DNA from: a virus
DNA: 44,751 bases
Strand: one strand, 5' to 3'
Virus record (IMG/VR): IMGVR_UViG_3300045988_055685
Location: 1 to 44,751 of that record
Both the position numbers and the translations under genes were made by a program. The notes below the pieces were generated by a model. It was given only the letters and a program-made list of their open reading frames with translations, was not told the origin of the DNA and ran no database searches. Position 1 is the first letter of the stretch. Each line of letters begins with the position of its first letter. Positions 1-7,223 of this stretch are shown here, one piece after another.

Positions 1-128
1 CGCAGCGCGTTCAGCCGCAGCGCGTTCGGCAGCCGCATGTTCAGCCGCAGCGCGTTCGGCAGCCGCATGTTCAGCCGCAGCGCGTTCGGCAGCCGCATGT
101 TCAGCCGCAGCACGTTCAGTGGCAGCAT
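1..128. repeat. Tandem 30-bp repeat GTTCAGCCGCAGCGCGTTCGGCAGCCGCAT, 3 exact copies plus 1 degenerate; encodes (AAAERAAAEH)n on the minus strand
   Basis: Read directly: units at 9-38, 39-68, 69-98, degenerate 99-128. The same repeat recurs at 44665-44751. Confidence 0.95.
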
Positions 129-798
129 GATCCGACAATAGCAGCCCTGCCCCGAAAATGGTTTTCCCGTTTTCCCTCTGTGCGTCCAGCGCGGATATTT
201 GTATGCAGTCTTTTCTCCACACCTTAAAATCGATACCGTATTTACTGTACCTCTGCATCATTGCCGCAGTCACAACATGATCAGGATAGTCGTATTTCGG
301 CAGCGTCCGCACCTTTTCTTTCCGCAGTTCTTCGACCACGCTATTAACAGCCGCGCCCAATGTCGGCGCCGTCTGCATTACAACATCATCGCCGAGATTT
401 GTCACAAATGCCGTTTGGACGATTGCGCCGTTCTCGTACTCAATTCCTGCATTGCAAATAATATGATTCATCCGCATGCAGACCTTTTTGCCTGATAGAG
501 CAGTAAGCGACGGTGCAAACAGAAAAAATGAGATCTCCTTGTCGAGATAAAACTCGCATATCTTCACCAAAATAGAAAACGGCGGATTGTCCAGCACAAC
601 ACATCCGTCCGGATACGCGAATTTTTCATAGTCCCCGCCCGGCCAAAAAGGCCTGACAATCGTCTTCGGATCGATGTTGTATTCTGCGCACGCCCAGTCT
701 TTTACCGCATCATATACAAGTGGCGGCGTGTAACAGTCATCTGTTGTTTTCTTCGGTTTGAACTTTTCTATAAATTCTTCATACGTCTTGCTTTTCAT
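1..798 (-). CDS. DNA N6-adenine (or N4-cytosine) methyltransferase, N-terminal 266 codons; ORF runs off the window start and continues at 44751..44608
   Basis: My own translation from ATG 798-796 (RBS GGAGGAAAC): MKSKTYEEFIEKFKPKKTTDDCYTPPLVYDAVKDW...GCVVLDNPPFSILVKICEF... It carries an NPPF (D/N-PP-Y/F) catalytic motif. No stop occurs before position 1, and the frame enters the AAAERAAAEH repeat. This ORF is not in the supplied track because it is open at the edge. Confidence 0.65.
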   Translation of the reverse strand, partial: MKSKTYEEFIEKFKPKKTTDDCYTPPLVYDAVKDWACAEYNIDPKTIVRPFWPGGDYEKFAYPDGCVVLDNPPFSILVKICEFYLDKEISFFLFAPSLTALSGKKVCMRMNHIICNAGIEYENGAIVQTAFVTNLGDDVVMQTAPTLGAAVNSVVEELRKEKVRTLPKYDYPDHVVTAAMMQRYSKYGIDFKVWRKDCIQISALDAQRENGKTIFGAGLLLSDHAATERAAAEHAAAERAAAEHAAAERAAAEHAAAERAAAERAA

Positions 799-810
799 GT
801 TTCCTCCAAA

Positions 811-842
811 GCAAAAGCACCCTCGATTGAGAGTGCTTTTTT
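811..842 (-). terminator. Intrinsic terminator hairpin (bidirectional shape) ending the upstream non-coding transcript, just before the methyltransferase RBS
   Basis: Minus strand reads AAAAAAGCACTCTCAATCGAGGGTGCTTTTGCTTTGG: a GC stem followed by a T-run. Confidence 0.55.
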
Positions 843-903
843 ATTCGGGCAACTTCTCACCCGCACGACTGGTAAAGTGGTCTATTTCGACCAGTTTAGA
901 TTT

Positions 904-961
904 TGGGGACAGCCGGAATCGAACCGGCGCGCATCCGCTGTTGTGCTTTCCCAATGTCCCC
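904..961 (-). ncRNA. tRNA-like minihelix (acceptor stem plus T-arm, no anticodon arm)
   Basis: Minus strand reads GGGGACA-TTGGGAAAGCACAACAGCGGATGCGC-GCCGG-TTCGATT-CCGGC-TGTCCCC-A. It has a perfect 7-bp acceptor stem and a canonical T stem-loop. Only 26 nt lie where the D and anticodon arms (~41 nt) would be. No CCA is encoded. Confidence 0.6.
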
Positions 962-1477
962 ATATACCCGCTTATCGCGGGTATCGCCTGCCCTGCACAC
1001 ACTACGCTAAGGAAAGGGATTTTCACCTCTCTTTGGCATGTAATTTACAGGCACATACATGGTGCGTGCTGCGCAGGTGCAGGCTTCTTCTCTTATGCGA
1101 GCTATCGCGCCGCATACGTCCGGCTGTCGGAGGGGAGCTGCCCCGCACCTCCCAGCTTCGCCAACGAATAGGAGGCGTTCCACACTGGGAGCTTCACATG
1201 TGATCGCGCTTGCCCCGTGGCCTTTGGTGCTTCGGCTTTCGCCTCGCCCCGCGTGGGCGAAGATCAGAAACAGTTTGCCCCGCCGCCATCATTCAGGCTT
1301 AGGGACGTATCCCCGCGTCCCCTACGTCAGTACCCCGCGTGGAACGCAGGGCTTCGGGGATCGCAGGGCGGTGCTTGTAATTCTGTCTTGTGCTGGCACA
1401 AGGCGTATAAGTCAGCACCGGATTGCTTGTTCTACCCCGCTGCCCTCGTGCGGGCTTAGGGACGTATGGTGCGCGGA

Positions 1478-1507
1478 TTTATCACATTTTTATCCGCTTA
1501 TTCGCAA
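1478..1507 (-). promoter_or_regulatory. Candidate promoter for the large ncRNA
   Basis: Minus strand reads TTGCGA (1507-1502), 18 nt, then GATAAA (1483-1478) preceded by TG. The match is only moderate. Confidence 0.3.
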
Positions 1508-1709
1508 TAAAAGTCGTGATTTAATCGAAAACCAAACCAAATACACATTTTTTCATAGAATAAAGTATCGATTTCCGCGCGCGTAAGATTTCATCTGATA
1601 TGCAGGCGAGTATTCCACCACCGCATATCCTACAAATTAAATGCCGTCTCTTCCGGCTGCCAAGGCTGGTTTTCATAGCCTCCACGTCCGCAAACGTGAG
1701 CCTCTATTC

Positions 1710-1784
1710 TGGAGCACCGCACGAGACTTGAACTCGCCCGCCCAGCTTGGAAGGCTGGTATGCTTCCGACTACATCAGCGGTGC
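1710..1784 (-). tRNA. tRNA-Gly (anticodon UCC), CCA encoded
   Basis: Hand-folded 75 nt: GCACCGC TG ATGT AGTCGGAA GCAT A CCAGC CTTCCAA GCTGG GCGG GCGAG TTCAAGT CTCGT GCGGTGC T CCA. All four stems pair, and the discriminator is U. Confidence 0.85.
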
Positions 1785-1908
1785 ATATTGCCCGAATGAC
1801 CCGTCGGGCGCGGGAAAAACTATGGCTCCCCCTCTGCCTCATGCAGCTTCGGGGGCATATCCCGCCCAGCACCGGCCGGACGGGTAGAAATGGAGGAAAA
1901 CATGGATT

Positions 1909-2373
1909 TCAGGCTTTTGTACTTTTATCCATTACCATTATAGCACATATACTATTAGTATTTATTAGCATATTTTCAACTTCTCGTAATGCTTTAGGAT
2001 GAAGCACCTTAGTCACATGTGCAAATGAATAATGCATACATTCCGCCACTTCATTCCATGTTTTACCGTTTATATAATACTCAGTTAGCAAAGTCGCACA
2101 GGCATTATCTTCTATCTTGCCAACCACCTGCAAAATCTCTGCCCTGATTTCATTCAGCTTATCAAGCTGCTCGTCTACAACCGCACTTGCAACAGCATAT
2201 CCCGCTATCTTATCATCAGGCGCGCCCGAGCTTCCCGAGGGCGGCGTTTCGTGCGGCCGAACGGTAATTGACACTGCCCTGTCGTAAATGCGCGCCTTGG
2301 CCTCCTGCAAGGCTTCTATGCGCTTCTCCATATTGCGCGCCCGCATCAGCCATTCTTTCGCAGTCACTCCCAT
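1909..2373 (-). CDS. Putative late-gene transcriptional activator (sigma-70 region-4-like HTH; ArpU/RinA/DUF1492-type position)
   Basis: The C-terminal segment LLTEYYINGKTWNEVAECMHYSFAHVTKVLHPKALREVENML looks like sigma region 4. It is the last gene before the packaging region. The true start may be GTG at 2367. Confidence 0.5.
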   Translation of the reverse strand: MGVTAKEWLMRARNMEKRIEALQEAKARIYDRAVSITVRPHETPPSGSSGAPDDKIAGYAVASAVVDEQLDKLNEIRAEILQVVGKIEDNACATLLTEYYINGKTWNEVAECMHYSFAHVTKVLHPKALREVENMLINTNSICAIMVMDKSTKA

Positions 2374-2411
2374 ACCTCCATTCCAAATATTTTTCGATTT
2401 CAGGTGAGTAG

Positions 2412-2561
2412 TCAGTCACTTTGTTCCCGTTCCCACGCTTTCCTCGCTTCCTCCGGCGTACTATATCCCCCATCAATAAACAGCCTCATTGCTTCGCTCT
2501 CGTCCCCGTATCGGTATTGATACGGGGTGCCTCCTCGGTATTTGATGTAGAGATCAAGCAT
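2412..2561 (-). CDS. Hypothetical small protein (49 aa)
   Basis: Self-translated: RBS GGAGATAACC then ATG; MLDLYIKYRGGTPYQYRYGDESEAMRLFIDGGYSTPEEARKAWEREQSD. It falls below the ORF-track size cut-off and fills an otherwise empty gap. Confidence 0.45.
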   Translation of the reverse strand: MLDLYIKYRGGTPYQYRYGDESEAMRLFIDGGYSTPEEARKAWEREQSD

Positions 2562-2570
2562 GGTTATCTC

Positions 2571-2792
2571 CTACAACCTTTCAAATCTATATTTCTGCGT
2601 CGCATCCGGATACTTCTTGCGGTCTACCTCGCTTGCAAACATCTCATAAGGACGCACATAAAAAAGACGGTCGCCGTATAACGCCTGATATACGACCATC
2701 TTTTCTCCTGTCTCAGAGTGCTGCGCGATGCAAATGACATTATACGATTTGCCTTTAAAATGCCGGTAAACGCCCGCGTCAATTTCTCTCAT
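2571..2792 (-). CDS. DUF1653 domain protein
   Basis: [44 protein letters not shown] matches the remembered DUF1653 signature. Confidence 0.75.
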   Translation of the reverse strand: MREIDAGVYRHFKGKSYNVICIAQHSETGEKMVVYQALYGDRLFYVRPYEMFASEVDRKKYPDATQKYRFERL

Positions 2793-2944
2793 TTCGCACC
2801 TGCCTTTTTCGCTTCTTCTAATTCGTCAAATAATTCGAAGAGGTCGTACATCGCAACGCTGGTCGGTGAGCCTTGCGCGCGCAGCGCTTTCAAATCTTCT
2901 CGTAAAAATTCAATATCAGCTTCTATTTCTTTTATAGCTCTCAT
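2789..2944 (-). CDS. Hypothetical small coiled-coil protein (51 aa)
   Basis: Self-translated [55 protein letters not shown] start/stop overlaps at both ends indicate translational coupling. Confidence 0.5.
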   Translation of the reverse strand: MRAIKEIEADIEFLREDLKALRAQGSPTSVAMYDLFELFDELEEAKKAGAK

Positions 2945-3561
2945 TCCACGCCTCCGATGATCTCGTCCAGCTTGACGGTTTCGCCGGGGCGGAGCGAGGG
3001 GAACAACCCAGAATCAAGAAAATAATCCTCAACATCTTCGCTTGTCAGGAACAAGTGAGTCACACATCCATCTTTTTTTCTTACTATATCGGTATACTCT
3101 GACATAATACGCCGTATCGCCTTAGCGTCCTCCACCTCCTGCTCCGTCCAACGGGGCTTGCGGATGATGCAGTCGGGATGATTGATGGCATAGCAGAGTG
3201 TCTCTACACACGTGTTATAGATTTTCCCTTTTTCATCAATTCTGCAATAAGTGGATTTTCGAACCGGCGTTTCGATTGTAAAAACTTCATCCACATCAAC
3301 CCCCAGCACCTCGCAAATTCTTGGCTTGCCCATGTTGGTTTCCTCCTTTTTCTCTGCTTGGGGAATATGGTCATCCTCCACCACCTCATAGCCCATCAGG
3401 CGGGCGGCTTCGTGGGGATGGGATTTTCTGAAATCAACACAACACTCTTTAGCAGGTGATTCTTGATTCATTGGGCATTCACAGCAATGTCTGCCCTTAC
3501 AAAATCGCAATTGCGCTTGCCCGTCTGTCAACACTTCCCCCGTCTTACTCCGAAACTTCAT
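2941..3561 (-). CDS. Hypothetical protein
   Basis: ORF-track 2941..3576, with the start re-picked at MKFRSK behind the GAGGAGG RBS. Confidence 0.6.
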   Translation of the reverse strand: MKFRSKTGEVLTDGQAQLRFCKGRHCCECPMNQESPAKECCVDFRKSHPHEAARLMGYEVVEDDHIPQAEKKEETNMGKPRICEVLGVDVDEVFTIETPVRKSTYCRIDEKGKIYNTCVETLCYAINHPDCIIRKPRWTEQEVEDAKAIRRIMSEYTDIVRKKDGCVTHLFLTSEDVEDYFLDSGLFPSLRPGETVKLDEIIGGVE

Positions 3562-3718
3562 GCTCGACCTCCTCAAATTTTACTGTACCGCATTTTGGGC
3601 AGATATACAGATTTTTGTGCGCTTCTACTGTGTGTATATTTCTCATCATGCCAGACGGGACGAAGTTTTTATATTGTTCAAATGGCCTGTCTTGCTCGTA
3701 TCCACAGATGCACTTCAT
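3545..3718 (-). CDS. Small zinc-ribbon-like protein
   Basis: MKCICG...CPKCG gives two Cys pairs. RBS is GGAGGA, with an ATGA overlap to the upstream ORF. Confidence 0.5.
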   Translation of the reverse strand: MKCICGYEQDRPFEQYKNFVPSGMMRNIHTVEAHKNLYICPKCGTVKFEEVEHEVSE

Positions 3719-3975
3719 TTCAACATCCTCCATGCTTCTGCTATTGCGTTTATTGCGTCTCGTTCTGCCTCTGCCGGCTCCGGCACAGGCAGGTTATTTT
3801 CTACCCTGATAAGCGTATCCAGCGATGCTACTACATCTGCGGGCGGTTCTTCCCGACCGCACTCATAGCCGCTGAGCTGTGCTGTGCCAAGCCGCATAAT
3901 CAGCGCCATATCATACAGCAGCATGTCGTGCCGGAGGCGGTATGCGCGCGCCTTGCGCCCGAAGTCAGTCGGCAT
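3715..3975 (-). CDS. Hypothetical protein (86 aa)
   Basis: Internal start MPTDFG behind GGAGGA. The upstream part of track ORF 3715..4167 overlaps the neighbouring real gene. Confidence 0.45.
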   Translation of the reverse strand: MPTDFGRKARAYRLRHDMLLYDMALIMRLGTAQLSGYECGREEPPADVVASLDTLIRVENNLPVPEPAEAERDAINAIAEAWRMLK

Positions 3976-4261
3976 CCTGCTCGTCCTCCTTTCTCTGCCC
4001 TCGGCTGCAAAAATCATTTTCCCGAACACATGCAACCGCCCATTTACATCCGCCGAGCCGTTGCAAATCGTTAATGTTATCTCCTGCATAACCTCCTGAT
4101 GGCTTCCAGCACCTGCATTCCTGGCACCTGACCACAGGCACGGTGTCGATAGTGGGGGCTTCATCAATATACTGGTCTACTGTTTCCTTGATATATGTAG
4201 GGGCATCTGATATGCCAAAATTGATCGCGTCTTTCAACGCATCCAAATCACCCAGCCTCAT
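3965..4261 (-). CDS. Cys-rich small protein, paralog family member 1
   Basis: MRLGDLDALKDAINFGISDAPTYIKETVDQYIDEAPTIDTVP... followed by a Cys-rich tail. RBS is GGAGGA. It shares its N-terminal motif with 5811..6062. Confidence 0.6.
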   Translation of the reverse strand: MRLGDLDALKDAINFGISDAPTYIKETVDQYIDEAPTIDTVPVVRCQECRCWKPSGGYAGDNINDLQRLGGCKWAVACVRENDFCSRGQRKEDEQDAD

Positions 4262-4568
4262 GCTCGTCCTCCTTGTCCATGCGAGCGCCGTAAGAACAAA
4301 AGTCGTTATCCGTTTCCCATGTATGCTGTTCTCCACAGTCACAACGATAAAACATAGCGCATTCCTCACGCCCACGCCAAACGCAATCCTTGCAGCGTAC
4401 CACCTCCGCAACGTCGGCAGCGGAGATATCCTCTACCCCATAACTAATTTCACGCAAGCATTCCTGAACAGCGCCGTGTGCTTCGTAGTCGAACATAGAC
4501 CCGAAATCAACTGGATTGATTTTTTCCAGCAGATTCAAGACAGTCGCCCTCTCGATGTACTCCTTCAT
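4248..4568 (-). CDS. Cys-rich small protein, related architecture (paralog family member 2)
   Basis: MKEYIERATVLNLLEKINPVDF...VVRCKDCVWRGREECAMFYRCDCGEQHTWETDNDFCSYG. The C-terminal NDFCS(Y/R)G motif is shared with 3965..4261. Confidence 0.6.
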   Translation of the reverse strand: MKEYIERATVLNLLEKINPVDFGSMFDYEAHGAVQECLREISYGVEDISAADVAEVVRCKDCVWRGREECAMFYRCDCGEQHTWETDNDFCSYGARMDKEDEHEAG

Positions 4569-4738
4569 TTGATCTCCCTCCTGATCTTCTCCAACTCTTC
4601 ATCCGTCAGCGTCCGGTTCCACGCAATGGAGAAATCGCCCGTACACCGATTCGGGCAGGCCGTACACTCGCACCCGTTTGGGACGCTGCATGTTTCATTT
4701 ACCCTGAACGGGCAGCTATAGTTGAAACAGTCATCCAT
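4565..4738 (-). CDS. Small Cys-rich protein (57 aa)
   Basis: MDDCFNYSCPFRVNETCSVPNGCECTACPNRCTG... RBS is GGAGGGAG. The start is re-picked within track ORF 4565..4918. Confidence 0.5.
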   Translation of the reverse strand: MDDCFNYSCPFRVNETCSVPNGCECTACPNRCTGDFSIAWNRTLTDEELEKIRREIK

Positions 4739-5279
4739 CCTGCTCCCTCCGTAGTGCGGCCTCGGCCTGCTCTTTACTTCCAAAAAAGCAATTACCCAAT
4801 GCAGAACCGACAAATTCATCAAAGTCTCCGCACTCAAAATCAACGCTAAAGCTATCCAGTTTGCCGTCCTTGTACGATGCAATAAACACTTTTCCAGGCT
4901 CGATTTCTCCGGTTTCATTGTCTACATACCAGACGGGAGTCCCTTTTCTTAAAACAGGTGTCTTTTGCGGGTCAGGAAGAATGATGCACCGCCTCTCCTT
5001 GTCCGCCTGTGCCAGTTCGCGGAGGCGGTCAGGTGTTATACCAAGGGCTTGTCCGGCCAGTTTTAAAACAGCAGCTTCATTAAATGCCCGCTTGATGTCC
5101 TCCGGCTCCAGGCCCGTGTCCTCGTAGGCGGCGAGGCGGTCAATGTCTTTCCCGCTCATCCTGATTTCTCCCGTACCAGAATGGAATACTGCCGCCACAT
5201 TGGCCCCATTGATGTACCATCCATCCTTGTCAATGTGTGTTGCTCTCTCTATGTTCACCCCTCCTTTGGGCCGCGCCAT
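4731..5279 (-). CDS. Hypothetical protein
   Basis: Track ORF 4731..5342. The start is tentatively MARPKG and no strong RBS was seen. Confidence 0.5.
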   Translation of the reverse strand: MARPKGGVNIERATHIDKDGWYINGANVAAVFHSGTGEIRMSGKDIDRLAAYEDTGLEPEDIKRAFNEAAVLKLAGQALGITPDRLRELAQADKERRCIILPDPQKTPVLRKGTPVWYVDNETGEIEPGKVFIASYKDGKLDSFSVDFECGDFDEFVGSALGNCFFGSKEQAEAALRREQDG

Positions 5280-5611
5280 TGCGGGAGGCACTGTTTTGTC
5301 CCTCCCCTTACATGGCACTGGCCGTTTTTGCAGAATTGGCAAGTGTCTAAATTATCACCGCGATAGGCCATAACGCTTTCCAGATCGCTTGCCGCCGCAT
5401 CCCTCTCCCGCTTCACCTGCTCCAGCTCACCCCGCAGTTTCTCGTTTTTGGTCTGGAGCGCGGTGAGAGCATCCGGCCGCTTTTTGAGGAAACTCGAACA
5501 ATCTCTTTCAATTCCAAGGTCTGGGCAATACTGACGTACTCTACACCAACCATAGACGATCTCCCCCTCGTCATCGCCCCACCCCAAATTACCACAATCG
5601 TTACATTTCAT
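5255..5611 (-). CDS. Hypothetical Cys-rich / coiled-coil protein
   Basis: MKCNDCGNLGWGDDEGEIVYGWCRV... plus a central coiled-coil segment. Confidence 0.55.
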   Translation of the reverse strand: MKCNDCGNLGWGDDEGEIVYGWCRVRQYCPDLGIERDCSSFLKKRPDALTALQTKNEKLRGELEQVKRERDAAASDLESVMAYRGDNLDTCQFCKNGQCHVRGGTKQCLPQWRGPKEG

Positions 5612-5814
5612 TTGGTGGTCTCCTTCCCGTGCCTTTTCCCCATTCTGTAAGCCTCAATCATGCCGCACAGGAATACAATCCCCATTAGATCATCAACTAC
5701 GCGAGGCTGTATTTCCCCATAAACGATGATTTCAAGCGCCTGCCATATTATTGCGGTTACAAATTCAAACAGTATGAGAGCAAATGACATTTCAGCGATT
5801 TGATTTGTTTTCAT
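5608..5814 (-). CDS. Small membrane protein (68 aa)
   Basis: MKTNQIAEMSFALILFEFVTAIIWQALEIIVYGEIQPRVVDDLMGIVFLCGMIEAY has two hydrophobic segments. The start has an ATGA overlap. Confidence 0.5.
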   Translation of the reverse strand: MKTNQIAEMSFALILFEFVTAIIWQALEIIVYGEIQPRVVDDLMGIVFLCGMIEAYRMGKRHGKETTK

Positions 5815-6062
5815 GCTTCTCCCTCCGGCGGGCGGCGATAGTAATCTTCGTTTACTTTCGACCGAATGCACCATGCGCACGGCGGATAGTCGTCATTTTT
5901 GATGTAATAGCATCCCTCGCACGTCAACGGCTCGTTCGGCGGGGTGAGGGTGGGCGCTTCGTCAATATACTGTTCTACGGTTGCCTGAATGTATAACGGC
6001 GCATCCTTAATCGCTCCCAACAACGCTTCTTTCAGAACATCCGCATCAATCGCCCTTGCCAT
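5811..6062 (-). CDS. Cys-rich small protein, paralog family member 3
   Basis: MARAIDADVLKEALLGAIKDAPLYIQATVEQYIDEAPTLTPP... followed by CEGC..C.WC. Confidence 0.6.
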   Translation of the reverse strand: MARAIDADVLKEALLGAIKDAPLYIQATVEQYIDEAPTLTPPNEPLTCEGCYYIKNDDYPPCAWCIRSKVNEDYYRRPPEGEA

Positions 6063-6357
6063 CTTTTATCGCCTCCCATCTCTCCATCACCATCTCCACG
6101 GCCTCGTCCGTCATGGGTGCGCCGCAGTTCGGGCAAAACAAACGTTTTCCAACAGCCATCTTACCGCATTTCGAACACTTGCTATAAAATGCGTCATCTC
6201 CCACCGGCATCCACTCCCCTCTCCACGCCTTATTTACCTGCTCCTGCGTGGGCGGGGTGAGGGCGACAGCGGCCATCCTGTAAAACTCTTTGACCTCTGG
6301 TATATCGGTCATGTTTACTGCGTGTTCTGCAAATTTAATCGATCCTTCCCGTGTCAT
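6046..6357 (-). CDS. Hypothetical protein with C-terminal zinc ribbon
   Basis: CSKCGKMAVGKRLFCPNCG. Confidence 0.55.
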   Translation of the reverse strand: MTREGSIKFAEHAVNMTDIPEVKEFYRMAAVALTPPTQEQVNKAWRGEWMPVGDDAFYSKCSKCGKMAVGKRLFCPNCGAPMTDEAVEMVMERWEAIKDGKGD

Positions 6358-7223
6358 TCCTGTTCCTCCTCAAATCCAATCTGCCCCGACAGCACCCCGT
6401 CCTCCATCCACCAGTGGAAAACGTCGGTTCCGGTTTGCCAATCGCACGGCAATCCGCGTGCGGTGCGTTCTTCCAGCATCTTTCCAAACGCGCGGATATA
6501 CGCCCTTTCAAATGTCGGGTATCGCGTAAACTCAAACTGCCTGCCTTTTCTCCCCGCCATCGGGCAGCCGACACAGCCAACGCGGTCAAATCCACACGCA
6601 TACAGCGGATTCGTCTCGATGTGCTCGCTCCGGATGTAATCCCAAACGTCATTATCCGTCCAATCCACTATTGGATTGCAGACGCGTTTTGCCTGCAATC
6701 TGCAGTTTTCAAACAACTGACGTTTATCATCATTGTCATTGTTGATAATAATTCTTTTGCTGGTATCCTGCGACAATTTCTCGTAAACACCACGTTTATT
6801 TCTCCGTGCCGCGCTTTCCGCCCACCGCACGCCGGTTGTAATCATGCGGCCAGCCCCGCCGCCCTCTTTCAGCACCGAGCAGCAGTAGCGCATCAGGCGT
6901 GTCGGCGGCACGAGCTTCTGCGGGATCAGGCTCCACATCGTCACCGACGCACCTTTGTACGTCGGCCAGTTTACCGTGCATTGGATTCCTTTGGCTTCCA
7001 GCCGCCGGACCGTGTCCCGCACATGGTACACGGTTTCCGGCGCGTCCGCGGTGGTGTGGTTGTGCTGCACTTCAAAGTTGATCCCTGCCGCCAGTGCGAG
7101 CGCGATGCACACATCCGAATCCTTACCCCCACTGGTGGTTACGATCAGTGGTTTGCCGTAGTAGGTTTCGCTCATTTCCGCTGCCAGTTTCAGCCGCTCA
7201 ATGGCTTTCTGTTCTTTGTCCAT
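6354..7223 (-). CDS. Phosphoadenosine-phosphosulfate (PAPS) reductase family PP-loop protein (IbrA/DndC-like phage type)
   Basis: PP-loop TTSGGKDS near the N-terminus, plus a C-terminal CGFDRVGCVGCPMA cysteine cluster typical of this family. Confidence 0.75.
   Translation of the reverse strand: MDKEQKAIERLKLAAEMSETYYGKPLIVTTSGGKDSDVCIALALAAGINFEVQHNHTTADAPETVYHVRDTVRRLEAKGIQCTVNWPTYKGASVTMWSLIPQKLVPPTRLMRYCCSVLKEGGGAGRMITTGVRWAESAARRNKRGVYEKLSQDTSKRIIINNDNDDKRQLFENCRLQAKRVCNPIVDWTDNDVWDYIRSEHIETNPLYACGFDRVGCVGCPMAGRKGRQFEFTRYPTFERAYIRAFGKMLEERTARGLPCDWQTGTDVFHWWMEDGVLSGQIGFEEEQE

Larger units (their letters stand above)
811..1472 (-). ncRNA. Candidate large structured non-coding RNA (~650 nt), class unassigned; ROOL/GOLLD-like by context
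   Basis: There is no credible ORF on either strand; only overlapping R/P/S-rich plus-strand ORFs appear. The region is GC-rich with many local hairpins. A 15-nt exact repeat GGCTTAGGGACGTAT occurs at 1296-1310 and 1453-1467 inside ~40-nt duplicated modules. At least 7 YCCCCGY motifs are present (RCGGGG on the minus strand). The region is flanked by tRNA-Gly upstream and ends in a tRNA-like minihelix plus terminator. Confidence 0.5.

Noticed and set aside
1-128. Possible CRISPR array or non-coding satellite at the contig ends
   Set aside because: The repeats are contiguous with no spacers, and they are in frame with a long ORF, encoding AAAERAAAEH units.
199-495. Plus-strand 98-aa ORF
   Set aside because: It lies entirely antisense within the minus-strand methyltransferase ORF, which has an RBS and recognisable motifs.
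904-1330. tmRNA (ssrA) hypothesis for the tRNA-like element
   Set aside because: The acceptor 5' strand lies only 26 nt from the T-arm, not ~300 nt away. No tag-peptide reading frame of the ...LAA-stop type was seen, and no CCA is encoded. A permuted or two-piece form cannot be excluded without a covariance model.
758-1586. Overlapping plus-strand ORFs (758-1171, 877-1203, 1059-1586, 1217-1459) and minus-strand ORF 841-1026
   Set aside because: They overlap each other in different frames and have R/P/S/A-rich nonsense-like composition. They have no RBS and lie in a region full of RNA-like hairpins and a tRNA-like element. I interpreted the region as non-coding RNA sequence.
2216-2476. 86-aa minus-strand ORF
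   Set aside because: It overlaps the late-regulator gene in another frame. The 49-aa ORF with an RBS (2412-2561) explains the gap better.
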